Of a stretch of 64,000 nucleotides of DNA, positions 14,401 to 27,529 are shown one piece after another (within the stretch, counting starts at the first letter, position 1; each line of letters begins with the position of its first letter). A program made the position numbers and the translations under genes. This DNA is from the human T2T-CHM13v2.0 reference genome, Homo sapiens. The stretch lies in the NCBI RefSeq assembly GCF_009914755.1, contig NC_060934.1; one strand, given 5' to 3'. The notes under the pieces are model-generated. The model was not told where the DNA came from, made no database searches, and saw only the letters and a program-made list of their open reading frames with translations.

Positions 14401-15519
14401 AATAATAGACAGTGGTGGGGGTGGGGGGTAGAAGTAGAAAAAAGGCACTTAAGTAAAAATACTACATTTCTCAAAATTCCGTGTCCTTTGAATTCTTACG
14501 AAACATTTTTAATGAATCAGTTTTCTATAATGCATTTTAAAGAAACATTTAGATTAATATTTCTGTTTACTTTAGACAGTCTCTTTGGAATGAGCTGGTT
14601 GCTCCTTTTCTCTTAAAAATAACCTTTCAGGGTTACTTTGAATGGATACTTTTTTTTCTTTCCTTTTTGATGACTTTCCCACGATGAGTAGACAATTCAA
14701 AGCATTTCATTGATGTAGTTATGCTGTTCAATGCAACCTTCCAGCACTCTCTTTTTATCATTAGATTATTCGCTCTATATAGCAGAATCATTGAATGAGG
14801 GAGTAAACAGTTGGAGAATGGGAAGTAGATAGAGCTAAATTTAGTATAATGACCTATGAGAAGAGCAAAAATAAATGAGGTCTTTAAAGATTAAAGATTT
14901 TAAAGATATAAGCCTAAATTGTACAAAGTTGAGCCAAATTTCATGCACAGAAAGTTGCTTTTAACTTCCTCTCCCCACATACACACACACATTTAGAAAG
15001 AGAGAAATTTATTTCTTAGAAAAATAATATTTTCCTGGTTAGACATGTATTTTCTACAAGAATAATTTATTATTTGCTACCAAAGACACTCATTTGTCTA
15101 AATCTATATGGTTCATTAAGAAAGCAAACAATGCTGGACAATGATAAAAGTAACAAGAGTTATAAGACAATGGAAGGAGAGATCAGTCACAGGGAGTTGG
15201 ATGTGATTTTTCCCACCATGAAATAAATGGATGAGAGATCTGATCAGTTAAAGACAGCACACAAAAGTTATCTCTTGCTGTTAGTAGAAAATTGTCTTCT
15301 ACTGTCCCTGACCAAGTACATTGATCTCTAAATGAAGCTTTGAGATTTTGCAGCTTTTTCTTTGTGGATTAATTGCAAAAGTTACATCCTTTATATGCTG
15401 CTGCCTTGAGTTGAGAATTCCTTTTCTAGTAGAGAATAGAGGAATTTGCATTGTTACTTATTCTCTACTTTTATCTGTAGGTGGAAAAACCTTTGTTGTA
15501 ACATGGTTACTTACTATAT

Positions 15520-15710
15520 GGAGTCAGGGGAAGGTAGCTGACTATGAAACTGAACCTGGTTTCTGACTCTCCCACTTACATAGTAGGTATGGTCTGCCTA
15601 GTCTAAGCATGTTTTAAATAAATGGGGATCATCTTCACAATAAGGTGAATCCTTGTTTAGAAGATTAAATGAGATATTATATACCTAACGCATGGCTATC
15701 AAATATTTGT
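15520..15710 (+). mobile_element. MIR
   Basis: Contains aaatggggat...gaagattaaatgagatatta. Confidence 0.7.
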
Positions 15711-15977
15711 CTCTCAAAAAGGGTTAGCCATTCTATTGTTATTGCTGGTGGTGGTATTTTTGGAGGCAAATTGGCAAAAATAACGACCAAATTTTCTTCC
15801 AGGTTTTTGTAGACCCAATATTTTTCTGGGTAAGTGTTTAGGATTGGAGAGAGGAAATACCAGATAATCAGATGCAGGATGTTTTTCTTCATAGCAAATT
15901 ATTTCCTTGATCATATGGATCATCTTGTGTCCTTGATTCGGGTTTGGGTATTTTAATAAAGTTCTTTAAACCTGTAA

Positions 15978-16272
15978 TTTTTTTTTTTTTCTGAGATGGA
16001 GTTTCACACTGTTGCCTGAGCTGGAGTGCAGTGGCACGATCTTGGCTTACTGAAACCTCCGCCTCCTGGGTTCAAGTGATTCTCCTGCCTCAGCCTTCTG
16101 AGTAGTTGGGATTATAGGCACCCACCACCATACCCAGCTAATTTTTTGTATTTTTAGCAGAGACAGGGTTTCACCATGTTGGCCAGGCTGGTCTTGAACT
16201 CCTGACCTCGTGATTCACCTGCCTCAGCCTCCCAAAGTGCGGGATTACAGGCCTGAGCCACTGCGCCCAACC
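15978..16272 (-). mobile_element. AluS (Sg-like)
   Basis: Full dimer with TSD aaacctgtaat. Confidence 0.95.
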
Positions 16273-16523
16273 GAAACCTGTAATCTTATATTTTAAATGA
16301 TGCAGGTTTACTTACAAATAAATTAACTTTCTTTCATCTTGCCATTGTTGCATCAACTACATTTATATTGTTATTGTATAATCAATCAACTAATAAAAGA
16401 TGAGTGAGATTCCAGTTATCTGAACTAAGAGAGGGACTGCTGACTAAGAGTAAGCAAATAAAACATCTTTTTTTTTCTTTCAAGTAAAACATCTTTAGTA
16501 GGATGATAGTGGGAGAAACTTTG

Positions 16524-16739
16524 TGAGTCATAACCATGTAACAGAATTTCTAACGAATATTAAAATCGTGTCTTAATTTTAATACTTTATTGTAATTAAA
16601 AATAAAAGGAGTAGAAATCCCTCTTTAAATCAACTTAGTTTGCTCAGCAAGATAATTTCAGTTCATAAAGGCATCCTTTTGCTGAATTTTCTGAGTCGTG
16701 CTTGTGACTCACTGAGCTGGCTTTGCTGATGATGAGTCA
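16524..16739. promoter_or_regulatory. Candidate AP-1 enhancer (three TGA(G/C)TCA sites)
   Basis: TGAGTCA 16524-16530, TGACTCA 16705-16711 and TGAGTCA 16733-16739 in unique sequence. Confidence 0.4.
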
Positions 16740-17591
16740 TTTCAGATTTTCTTGAAAAAGGCTACCTGACTATCACTGCTTTGTCTTTGGTTTGCAATGA
16801 ACAGAGGAAATACACCATTACAGGTGATAGTATGGATAGCAAGAGGAATGTGGAAAAAAAAAAATGGCAACCTCTATGATTTGGATGTAATCATTTCTGT
16901 CTGGTAAAGTGTCAATGATTTGTGCAGTTAAAGAGATACTGCTCTAGCAAGTGTTCTAATATTGTCAAGAACCTCCTTCTTTGCCTCCTAAGAGCATGGA
17001 AGCAAAATTCTCCATAGGCATTGATACTCTGTTTGCCTTTTAAAACATAAGGTTAGACTGGGGCAAGACACTGATCCTGTCTGTGATTTCATGTGATGTC
17101 AAATTGCTGGTCAGAATGTCTGCTTCTCAGATAAATCATCTAGGTGTATGGAATGCATAGAAACTAAAAATAAAAATGAGAAGAATCATTAACACCTGAT
17201 AATAAGTTTAACCTCTAATTCAATACTTGAAAAGAAGAGGACATGGAAGTTGACGCTTTGCCAGCGTTTCATTAGGAGATTTTCTTTACCTAGCCCTTTC
17301 TCAATCTGTCCCTTTCCCTAGTCTGCCCCATATGCGGACCTCCCTGTCTTACCCACATGTAACCCAAATCCTAGCAGTGATTCATAACTCTTGTTTCTGA
17401 TTACTGACATCAATTCTATTATTGAGTCTATCTCTTTCTTCAAAGTACATCCAACATCCATGCACTTCTAATCAATTTCACTGTTATATCCATAGTCCAA
17501 ACCATCATGTTGTCTTATGTGGTCTCCTAGCTGGCAGCTCTACATGTATGCTTGCACTCTGTAAAGTCTGTTCACCCATCAGCCAGAGTAA

Positions 17592-17950
<359 letters not shown>

Positions 17951-18174
17951 TGACTTCCCTTTCTTTTATACTTCAAATAAAACCTGAAAAAACTTTTCGT
18001 GGTCTACTGGGATCTTTTTCTTCCTTAAATGTGCCAAATTATCTCCAGACGGAGAACATTCTGTTTGCCTAAAATACTTTTCCCCATACCTTTACAAAGC
18101 TCTATTATTTAGATTCCTGTCAAATATCAATTCTTCAAGGAGGCCTTCCCTGAATCCCCCGTTAAGAAGTAACG

Positions 18175-18632
18175 CCTTAGATCAGAGACCTCAGAAGCTG
18201 AGATTTCCATAGGTATTCTTGTGAAAGTCATTTATTGAGGCAGTGCTTTTAGTAAAAGGGAAATGAGAAAAGCATAGCAGGGGCAGGGAGGAAAAAAAAA
18301 AAAAAAAAACCTAAGCAAGGATGTCAGCTGAGCTGGGGACGTGCTTCAGCCTGGTTGCAGGGGATACCCTGGAACACAAATAACGTCAGAGACTTACTCT
18401 CACCTCGAGGCAAGGAAACTGGCTATTTGTACACTATATCAGCCAATTGTTGGCTGCCCCTGGGATAGTGATAATGGGACACAGTCTCCTGGGTGAGGCA
18501 ACTCTCCTTCAGTTGAGGGCAGTTTTCCTGAGAAAGGGGTAGCTGTGAGCCTGTAACAGCCAACAGTCACAGGTGCAGGTGCATCACCTAGAGAAGGGGG
18601 ATCTGGTAGGGGTATCAACAGCATCTGCTACA
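18175..18632 (-). mobile_element. LTR16-like (ERVL) solo LTR
   Basis: Ends ggtatcaacagcatctgctaca, the reverse complement of TGTAGCAGATGCTGTTG typical of LTR16 starts. Contains atttattgagg near the other end. Confidence 0.7.
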
Positions 18633-18867
18633 AGTAGCCAACCCTATTAGATACCGTTTCACTTTTCATTATAACATTATATATTATCTACTTGTTGGTC
18701 TATCATCTGTCTTTCTATCTATATCTAATCTATCTATTGATTGATTGATTGATTATTGATTGATCTTTCCTTGTCCAAGATTAAAATGAAGAGGTTAGGG
18801 GTTTTGCCTTGCTTATTGGTATATTCCTAGTACCCAAATGAGTACCCAGTATGTTAAAAGTATCAAA

Positions 18868-19100
18868 AATAATCATAACTAACATGTATTAAGTGTTTAC
18901 AACATGCCAGATGTGATTCTAAGTGCTTTACAAGTATTAATTCATTTACCTCTCATAATGATATTAAAAAAGAGATACTATTATTATCTTCATTTTACAG
19001 TTGAGGAAAGTGACACAGAGGGGCCAAGTAACTTACCCACAGTTACACATTTAGGGAGTGGTGAGTCTAGGATTTTATTCCAGGCTGAATCCACTGCCTC
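18868..19100 (-). mobile_element. MIR
   Basis: Contains cattttacagttgaggaaagtgacacagaggggccaagtaacttaccc. Confidence 0.85.
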
Positions 19101-20109
19101 TCTATAAATACTCGTTGAGTGTTGAAGGAATAAGTCCATTGAGTTAGATTCATAAAGCATTTTCTAGGTAGTTTAATCATCTTTGTCATTCTGTTTCAGC
19201 ACAGTAATGAAATGGGAGTTCAGTAAAATTCTTCCTTTGGCATATTTTTGTGTCTGTGTCCTGCAACAGGGGCTTAGGTAGCAAAAGGCTGGCACTCTGC
19301 CACTCTAGCCATCACTTGTGATCTTGGCTGTATTTTAATTAGCTCTCCATAACTCAGGCGTTTGTTTATTGTATGATGTATTCCATATCAGAAGAACTCT
19401 TTACCAAGAGTTCAAAGATATAAATTCTGCCCCTAGGTGTAACATTGCTATCTTTACAGACTGGGACAACTTTCTCAGTCTCTCTGAGCCTCAGTGTCTT
19501 GATTTGTAAAGTGAGAAGTTTGGTCCAGGAGAATAAACTTGTAGCCTGAAGCATTGTATGACATCAGTCATACAAGGTTTGACATTGGTCTTAAATGAGT
19601 ATTTTATGAATGAATCAATACATAAGCAAATGAGTGAATCAGGTGTGTAAGTATCATTTCAGATTCCAAAGAATTGTTTTGTGTTGCTTTAACTGTTTGG
19701 ACCAAGAACCCAGAAGCATAAGATAGGGATCTAACCAGAAGCATAAACGTTTTTTTTACATTGTCCTCAGTACATGGCAGAAGGCCTATCACCTGGGGGT
19801 CTTCATTTCAGAAACCAGGAAGTATGTTCTGTTTTATCTCTTAACCCCCATCTCCCACGTACGTTGAATTTATCAAAGTTCAGATGGAGATTAAAGACGC
19901 AGGTGAATCAGTTTAGTTACTAGGCAACATACTTATCAGTGGCTTGTGAACCATGACCTATAGAAAGAAAACTAGATTTGGGGCCAACAGACACAGAGTT
20001 GAATTTCTACATGTGTCAGTAGCTGTGTACTTGTGTTTTGAAATCACTTTAGATGAGCAAGGACACCCCCTACAAGAACAGTGACATCTCAGAAGTTTAT
20101 ATATAATGT

Positions 20110-20340
20110 TTGCTGTGCTATACATTGGAAAGAGCATGCATGGACTTGGGAGCCAGTCACATCTGGGTTCAAATCACATCTTTGCCCCTTAATAGCTGAG
20201 TGCTTGGGCAAGGAACTTAGCATCTCTGAACCTCAGGTCCCATCTGTATAAAATGAGTAAATGTGGCATATTGTGGGGATTGTGTTTCACAGAGTGCCTT
20301 TTGAAATATTTAAACAATAAGTGCTAGCTAATAATAATAA
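20110..20340 (+). mobile_element. MIR
   Basis: Contains ctgggttcaaatc...cttgggcaaggaacttagcatctctgaacctcag. Confidence 0.85.
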
Positions 20341-20842
20341 TTTAGATTATATTCTATATACTAATAGGTTACTTCCACTTTGAGATGTTCCTATAATTAC
20401 TAAGCTGTGTTGTAAGGCTTAATTCTAGAGTTCTACATGTTAGAATCTCTGCTTGAATTTTGCCACTTTAATTCTTGTTTTCGTATTTTATTACTAAATA
20501 TTGTGTTTGTTTGGTTAACTTAGCAAACTTTTGACTTTAAATAGTGTTACCCAACAAAATAATTTTCAAGGCAATCTTTTAAAACAGGTCTTTTCTTTAA
20601 AAAATGTAAAGTTGTCTTATTGTTTTATAACCAATGGGTTTTGCCTTTGAACTAACAAAGTACCTTTTAGAAAATTTGCCTTATTAAAAGAGAACTATTG
20701 CAAATTAAAATATTAATGCATATTTTAAATCAAAAAATGGTGCTTTTGATTCTCTTTAAGGGTGGAATACAAGTTTGTTCTCTTAAGCAGCTTAAGGCAC
20801 ATTTTTATCTTTCTCATTAATTTTTATTTTTTCCTTTATCAG

Positions 20843-20872
20843 CTCAGCCAGAATCTGGCTTTGAATTAAAAG
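20843..20872 (+). CDS. Candidate 30-nt microexon A (phase 1: xQPESGFELK)
   Basis: Long U-rich tract ending ttcctttatcag, donor AAG|GTGGGT, frame-preserving length, only phase 1 is stop-free, and TGCATG at 20891-20896. Confidence 0.5.
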
Positions 20873-21359
20873 GTGGGTTGTTCAAATTTTTGCATGAATC
20901 ATAATCATAAACATCATGGCCTGTGTACTTCTCAGCAGTTTGACTCTTTTTTATGTTATCTTATTTAAAAATTATTTTTTACTGTCTCAGTTTCAAGTCT
21001 TCTACATTTCCCTGCCTAGGCAGTTGAGCTTAAAAAGAATGCTTTAGTTTGTTTTTATTTCTCTTCTACTAGAGCCCTCAATAAAGTTGCTAAAAAGATA
21101 AAAATCTCCATGTTTATTTATTTACCACAATCAGAAGGAGCTTTTTCACTTTACCTTTAAGTTTCGTTCTTGTACTTAATTTCTTTACCTGAAGCTGAAT
21201 ATAACAATGTACACACAGTGCTTGTTAATTTTGTAGATTTTGGTGAGCAAAGATTGAACATTTAGCATAATTGAACATTTCTTTTAAATTTATTTTAAAT
21301 TTTAAGGAGCTATATTCTGCACTTAGAATAGTTTGAATAAGTTATCAGTATACATTTTG

Positions 21360-21950
21360 TTTATTTTTGTATATGTTTAAGGTGTATAACATGTTTTGAC
21401 ATAGATAGTAAAATGATTACTACAGTCAGGTAAATTAACATGTTCACCATCTCACACTTAAGTGGGTGTGTGTGTGTGTGGTAAGGGCACCTAAAATGTA
21501 CTCACTTAGCAAATTTTTGGTATACAGTACAATATTATTAGCTATAGTCATTGTAATGTATCTTGGATCCCTAGACTTATTCATTGGAGAAAAACTGTAT
21601 GTTTGTACACTTTGACCAATATTGTCCTATTTTTCCTGTTCTCCCATCTCATTAACTACATTTCCACCCTATATTTATACATATTTGATCTTGTTTTAGA
21701 TTCCACATATAAGTGAAATCATACGATTCTTTTTTTTCTCTGTCTGGCTTATTTCACTTAGTATAATATCCTTTAGGTTCCTCCATTTTCTCGCAAATGA
21801 CAGACTTTCCTTTTTAAAGGCTGGATAGTAATCCATTTTGTGTATATACCACATTTTCTTCATCCATTCATCTTCTGACACTTAGATAATTTTTGTATCT
21901 TAGCTATTGTGAATAATGCTCAATGAACACGGGAGTGCAGATATGTTTAT
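21360..21950 (-). mobile_element. L1MA (MA9-like) 3' end
   Basis: ORF 21696-21881 (DEWMKKMWYIHKMDYY) is the L1 ORF2 C-terminus, followed by an L1MA-type 3'UTR. Confidence 0.88.
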
Positions 21951-22060
21951 ACTCGTGTCTTTCTTCAAATCCTACTGATTTTTCACTTTTTAGCACAAAT
22001 TTTGCATGAAAAGTTTAACTTACCTTATTACATATTAGAAGCATTCTATATCAGTTTTCC

Positions 22061-22293
22061 TTTTTATTTTTATTTTTTTTGAGTCAGAATCTCATTATGT
22101 CATCCAGGCTGGAGTGCGGTATCATGATCTCAGCTCACTGCAACCTCTACCTCCAGGGTTCAAGTGATTCTCATGCTTCAGCCTCTGGAGTAGCTGGGAT
22201 TACAGGTGCATGCCGCCACGCCCAGCTAGGTGATCCACCCACCTCGGTCTACCAAAGTGCTGGGATTACAGGTGTGAGCCACCATGCCCAGCC
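22061..22293 (-). mobile_element. AluS with an internal deletion, inserted at the MLT1 terminus
   Basis: The junction cccagcta|ggtgatcc removes the linker and part of the left monomer. 14-bp TSD ctatatcagttttc. Confidence 0.9.
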
Positions 22294-22294
22294 C

Positions 22295-22809
22295 TATATC
22301 AGTTTTCTATTGCTGCTGCAACAAATTACCCACATTTTAGTGGCTTAAAACAATGCAAATGTATATCTTACACTTCTCTAGATTACAAGTCTGACACAGC
22401 TCTCATTGTGCTAGAATCAAGGTGTCAGCAGGGCTGCATTCCTTTTTGGAGGCTGTCGGAAGAATGTTTCCCCTGTCTTTCCCAGCTTTCTGTGGCCACT
22501 TACGTTCCATGGCTTCTGGCTCCCTTCTTCCAGCTTCAAAGGCAGAAATTTGCATCTCTGAGCATTCTTCCATAGTCATCTCCAGTTGACTCTCTTCTGC
22601 CTTCCTCTTTCACTTTCAAGAACACTTGTGATTATATTGTGCCCACCTGGATAATCAGGTTACTCTCTCTATTTTAAGGTAAGTGACCTTAACTGAATTC
22701 CATCTGCAGCCTAATTCTTTGCCATGTAAAGTAACATTTACAGATTCTGGGTATTAGGGTGTGGGCATCTTTGGGATTGGAAGGTTGGGACATTATTCTG
22801 CCTACCACA
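22295..22809 (-). mobile_element. MLT1C/D (MaLR) solo LTR
   Basis: Runs from ctattgctgctgcaacaaattacc...gtggcttaaaacaa to attctgcctaccaca. Confidence 0.9.
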
Positions 22810-23949
22810 TATTCTTAAGTAACTCTTTTTCTTCCAGTTGAGTATGAATAAACTGAGAAAATATTGCCTGCTAGAGGTCGTCACGAAACTTGCTTTGCTG
22901 AAGAGATAAGAATAATTTTAAGTATTCCATTAATGTTTAGATGCAAATTTATCTTTTTATAATGAGTGAGGGTATAAGAAACCAGTTTATTGTCCTCAAT
23001 TGTTTAAATCACCAGGTAACCCCCTGTGATGCAAAGAAATAGAAACATGGAAATAAAGGGAGAAGGAGGGAGCGGGAAAGAGAGGGAGAGAGAAACCTTA
23101 TTAGACAAGCAGAAGTAAAATTGATTGAATTCATTTGGCTTTGTCTAAATGAGGCACTATCAGATAGGACACAGTGGAAACATCACTACTTCATTGATTG
23201 ATGTTTTTTCATGTGGAGGCTGAGACTAATGTGGTGTCTTATTGCTCCTGAGTTTATCTCATTCAGCTATTCTTTCCTCAAGTTTTAACCATTTTGTGTA
23301 ATATCAACATAAGCTTTATGTGATAACTATATATGGTTATACTTGCCATTCTTAATCCCTTCAAAATATATTGAGATAATTTGTCAAAATGTTTATATAT
23401 CTATGAAAGGGAGAGTTGGCAAGGGGAAGAATTGTTCAGAAATAGTGTTATTCTGTAAGGTTTTTCAATGAATAGACTGCCACAGCTTAGTTTCTCCCTC
23501 TCTAAAATAAGATGTTCTGACTAGAATACCTTTTAAGATCCTAGCTTCTAGCATTAATAGTCCCAAAGGATAGTCCAGTTCTCAACTCTGGCTATTAGTT
23601 AGAAATGAAATAGAGAATGTCATTGCCCGGTCCCTACCCTCAGAGATACTGGCTGAATTCCTTATTACAGTTCAATGTTCTCTTCCAAAATAGAGATTTT
23701 CAGGAGAAAAGGGATAGAGTAAGTTAAAGTGAATATTATAAGCTAATAAGTGGGCACTTATTAGCTTTGAATTACTTCGTGGCCTAGATAAATTATATTG
23801 TGTGTGTTGGGATTGTGAGGAATTTGTGAAAAAGTAGAAAGGTATTGAAAAACTGGAGGGGGGGATAAAGTTCTGATTTTCAAAAAAAAAGAAAATAGTT
23901 GAGTAACATGTACTGCAAATTGATACCTTTGACACAGATTTTTTTTGAG

Positions 23950-24767
<818 letters not shown>

Positions 24768-24789
24768 TAGAATACATCCTCCCTTTGGA

Positions 24790-24977
24790 CAGGGGACAAC
24801 ACACTTTTTCTATAAATATCCAGGTAGTAAATATTTTGGGACTTGCGAGCCACATATGGTCTCTGTCACATATTCTTCTTACTTTTTTAAGATAACTTGT
24901 ACAATATGTAAAAACAATTTTAGCTTGCGAGCCATACAAAAACAGACTGCAGATCAAAAACAGTTTGGCAGCCCCTG
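24790..24977. mobile_element. MER58 (hAT-Charlie MITE)
   Basis: TIRs cagggg...cccctg and internal gtaaatattttgggacttgcgagcca. Confidence 0.8.
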
Positions 24978-24985
24978 TTCTAAGT

Positions 24986-25090
24986 CAGTGCTATCTAATA
25001 GAACTTTCTGTGATGAGTGCATATCTGAGCTGTCTCTTATGGTAGCTGCTAGCCAAATGTGGTTATTGAGCAAGGAATCTAGAATGGATT
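24986..25090. mobile_element. MER3 fragment (hAT-Charlie)
   Basis: Contains cagtgctatctaatagaactttctgtgatga...gctagccaaatgtggttattgagca. Confidence 0.75.
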
Positions 25091-25149
25091 TTTAAAAACA
25101 ACTTATGAATAACGTGAAGAAGAAACAGCAATCAGATGATACCAACGTA

Positions 25150-26250
25150 GGTTCTGAGCAAATCACATGATTTACTGTGATTTATTTCTTTGACTCAATT
25201 CTTCGTCTGGTAGGTGAATAGAATGCAGTAATCATAATACGTGGCATTAGGCAAAGACTCTCATGGTGCCCCATGTCAAGATGGAGAAATTAGATATGAA
25301 GACAGTTAAGGATTCTTACTTGGTAAATGCTGATAGTAATTTAGGTCAAAGCTGGCTACTGTGAATATTAACTCTTGGCGTGTTAATTGCTCTGCTAGTT
25401 AATAAGTAACTGCTAGCCACGTGTAGCTATATAAATTTACATTTTAATTAATTAAAATTAAGTTTACAATTCTGTTCTTTAGCTGCACTAGCCACATTTC
25501 AAATGCTCAATAGCTGCAGTGGCTTTTGGCTACTGTATTGGACAGCCCAGGTTTAGGACATTTCCATTAGAAAGCTCTATTGGACGTCACTGCCAGAGGG
25601 AGGTTTCTAGAGGCATGACAAAGAACTCTGTCCTTAACTTTGTATTATCCAGCATTTTTACTGTAATTTAGAGGAAGATGATACAGATCAAGAGAATGTG
25701 ATTATCGAATTTGTAGATAAAACAAAGCTGGGAAGGAAAATAAATACACTAAAATGACTCATCTTCCCGAAATACCTTGAGAGCATCTTAGGAATAATAG
25801 TGGCGCAAACCGTTAATAAGTTAATATGTGTTATATGAACATTGTCTTTCTTGGCAGTCAAACTCCGCCTTTATCAAAATAAATTCGATGATAACCCCTT
25901 CTTTGTAAGTCAAAATGAATCTCAGCATATTAAAGCTTCTGAGAAATCCTGGAGAAAGGCAATATGTTTTATTTTGTTTATTAACCTAGAGACATGGATT
26001 AGATCTAACAAAGTAAAATGTAACAAAAATAAAATGAAAACCCTGCCTTTTGGTCTCCATATTATTTGCACAATTATAAGAATGAGTGAGATCTGGCCTA
26101 CACGCAGCATGTGTATAAAAGGCTTGGAGGTTTTTGCCAAATTAGAGACTTAATGAAGTCAAGAATGTAAATTCCTATCTCCATCCCTGGTGAGAAGTGA
26201 TTGTGATTTAGGCTACATCTTTATGTGTGTGGTGCCTATATATGAAGAGG
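25150..26250 (+). mobile_element. L3/CR1 LINE reverse-transcriptase remnant
   Basis: Decayed equivalents of SGVPQGSVL and IKFADDTKLGG (atcgaatttgtagataaaacaaagctgggaag). Interrupted by MER33 and an unexplained insert of about 200 bp. Confidence 0.75.
25400..25593. mobile_element. MER33 fragment
   Basis: Contains gcactagccacatttcaaatgctcaatagc...ggctactgtattggacagc. Confidence 0.8.
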
Positions 26251-26399
26251 TGATTCAGTTGTGTATGTTATCTTGGAACTTTCTAAGCAGATTCATGTTT
26301 ATTCTTTATAAAGTTTGTAAGTTTTCCTCAAAAGAAAGGGTATGGTTGTTTTTTCGTTTACTTGTTTGTTTTTGTTTTTTGTTTTTTTTTCGCCCAAAA

Positions 26400-26980
26400 G
26401 CTACTGTGTGGCAGACAGAGCTTGGGTTTGGAAATACCTGGCTTTGAACCTAAAATTCACAGTTTGCTAAAGTTATATCACCTTAGCAACTGTCTGATAG
26501 TATTATTTGCATGGATATCTAAACTCAAGATTGCTGACAGGGTTTTGTGAGATATAAATGTTTCTTATATAAAACTGAGGTAGCTAGGATGGGAAAGTTG
26601 AAGAGAGGTAAGATATGTTACCCCTTTTATAACACAGTGTTTCACAATTCTGGCTCCAGAAGAAGAGAGCCCAGGTTCAACTCCCCACTCTCCCACTTTC
26701 ATCTTGAGGATGCCACCTAATCTCTCAGTGCCTGTTTTCTTATTTGTAAAAGAAAGATGATAATAGAACTTACTTCATAGAGTTGCTGTGAGGTTTTTAT
26801 ATATAATATATATATGTAACATATATAACTCTATATATAGAGAGAGATTTATGCTGGTTTTTATCTCATATATTTCTACAAACCTTCAGAACAATTCTGC
26901 AAACGATTTTCCACATTTTACATATGAGGATCGACGAACTTAAGCAGTTTGTCCAAAGTCATACTGGCTAGTAGGCTAAT
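26400..26980. mobile_element. Cluster of MIR fragments (two +, one -)
   Basis: Contains cctgttttcttatttgtaaaagaaagatgataatagaacttacttcatagagttgctgtgagg and catttttacatatgagga...ttgtccaaagtcatac. Confidence 0.7.
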
Positions 26981-27529
26981 AAGTATCACAGTGAATTGTA
27001 GAGGCACCTCTCTTTGGCATTGCGTCTGAGAATATGAGTCACAGGACTATATATAACCTCATAAGCCTCAAGCCTATAAGGGATGATACTGGTAATACAA
27101 TCCAGTTATTTTCTGATTCTTGCATAGCCTCTTTAGCAATTCAACAAATAGTTATCTAACCTGTATTTGAAGAGTACATTCTTTTGGAGGTGAGACATTC
27201 TGCCTTTCTATAGCCCCTGACTCTTAGCTCTTCAAAGATCTTCTAGGGCTCTACCTGTTCAGATACTCCCACACCCTTGGTGGTGGCTTCTGAAAACATT
27301 GAATGAAGCACAGTTTGAAAATAATCATCCTATAGTTTGTTTGCCTCTATGACCCTATCTCCCTGTAGAACTTGGCAAGGTCACCTAAGATGGAGAGAAC
27401 TAGTTAACAGAAATTACATTGTTATATGTCAGAAGTAGCGTGATGGCAAATCTGTTCCAGTTTGGCGGGATGTGCTCTTTTCCCAAAGGATTCCTTCCCA
27501 GACACTTAGCATTACATGTTTAGTTTTTG

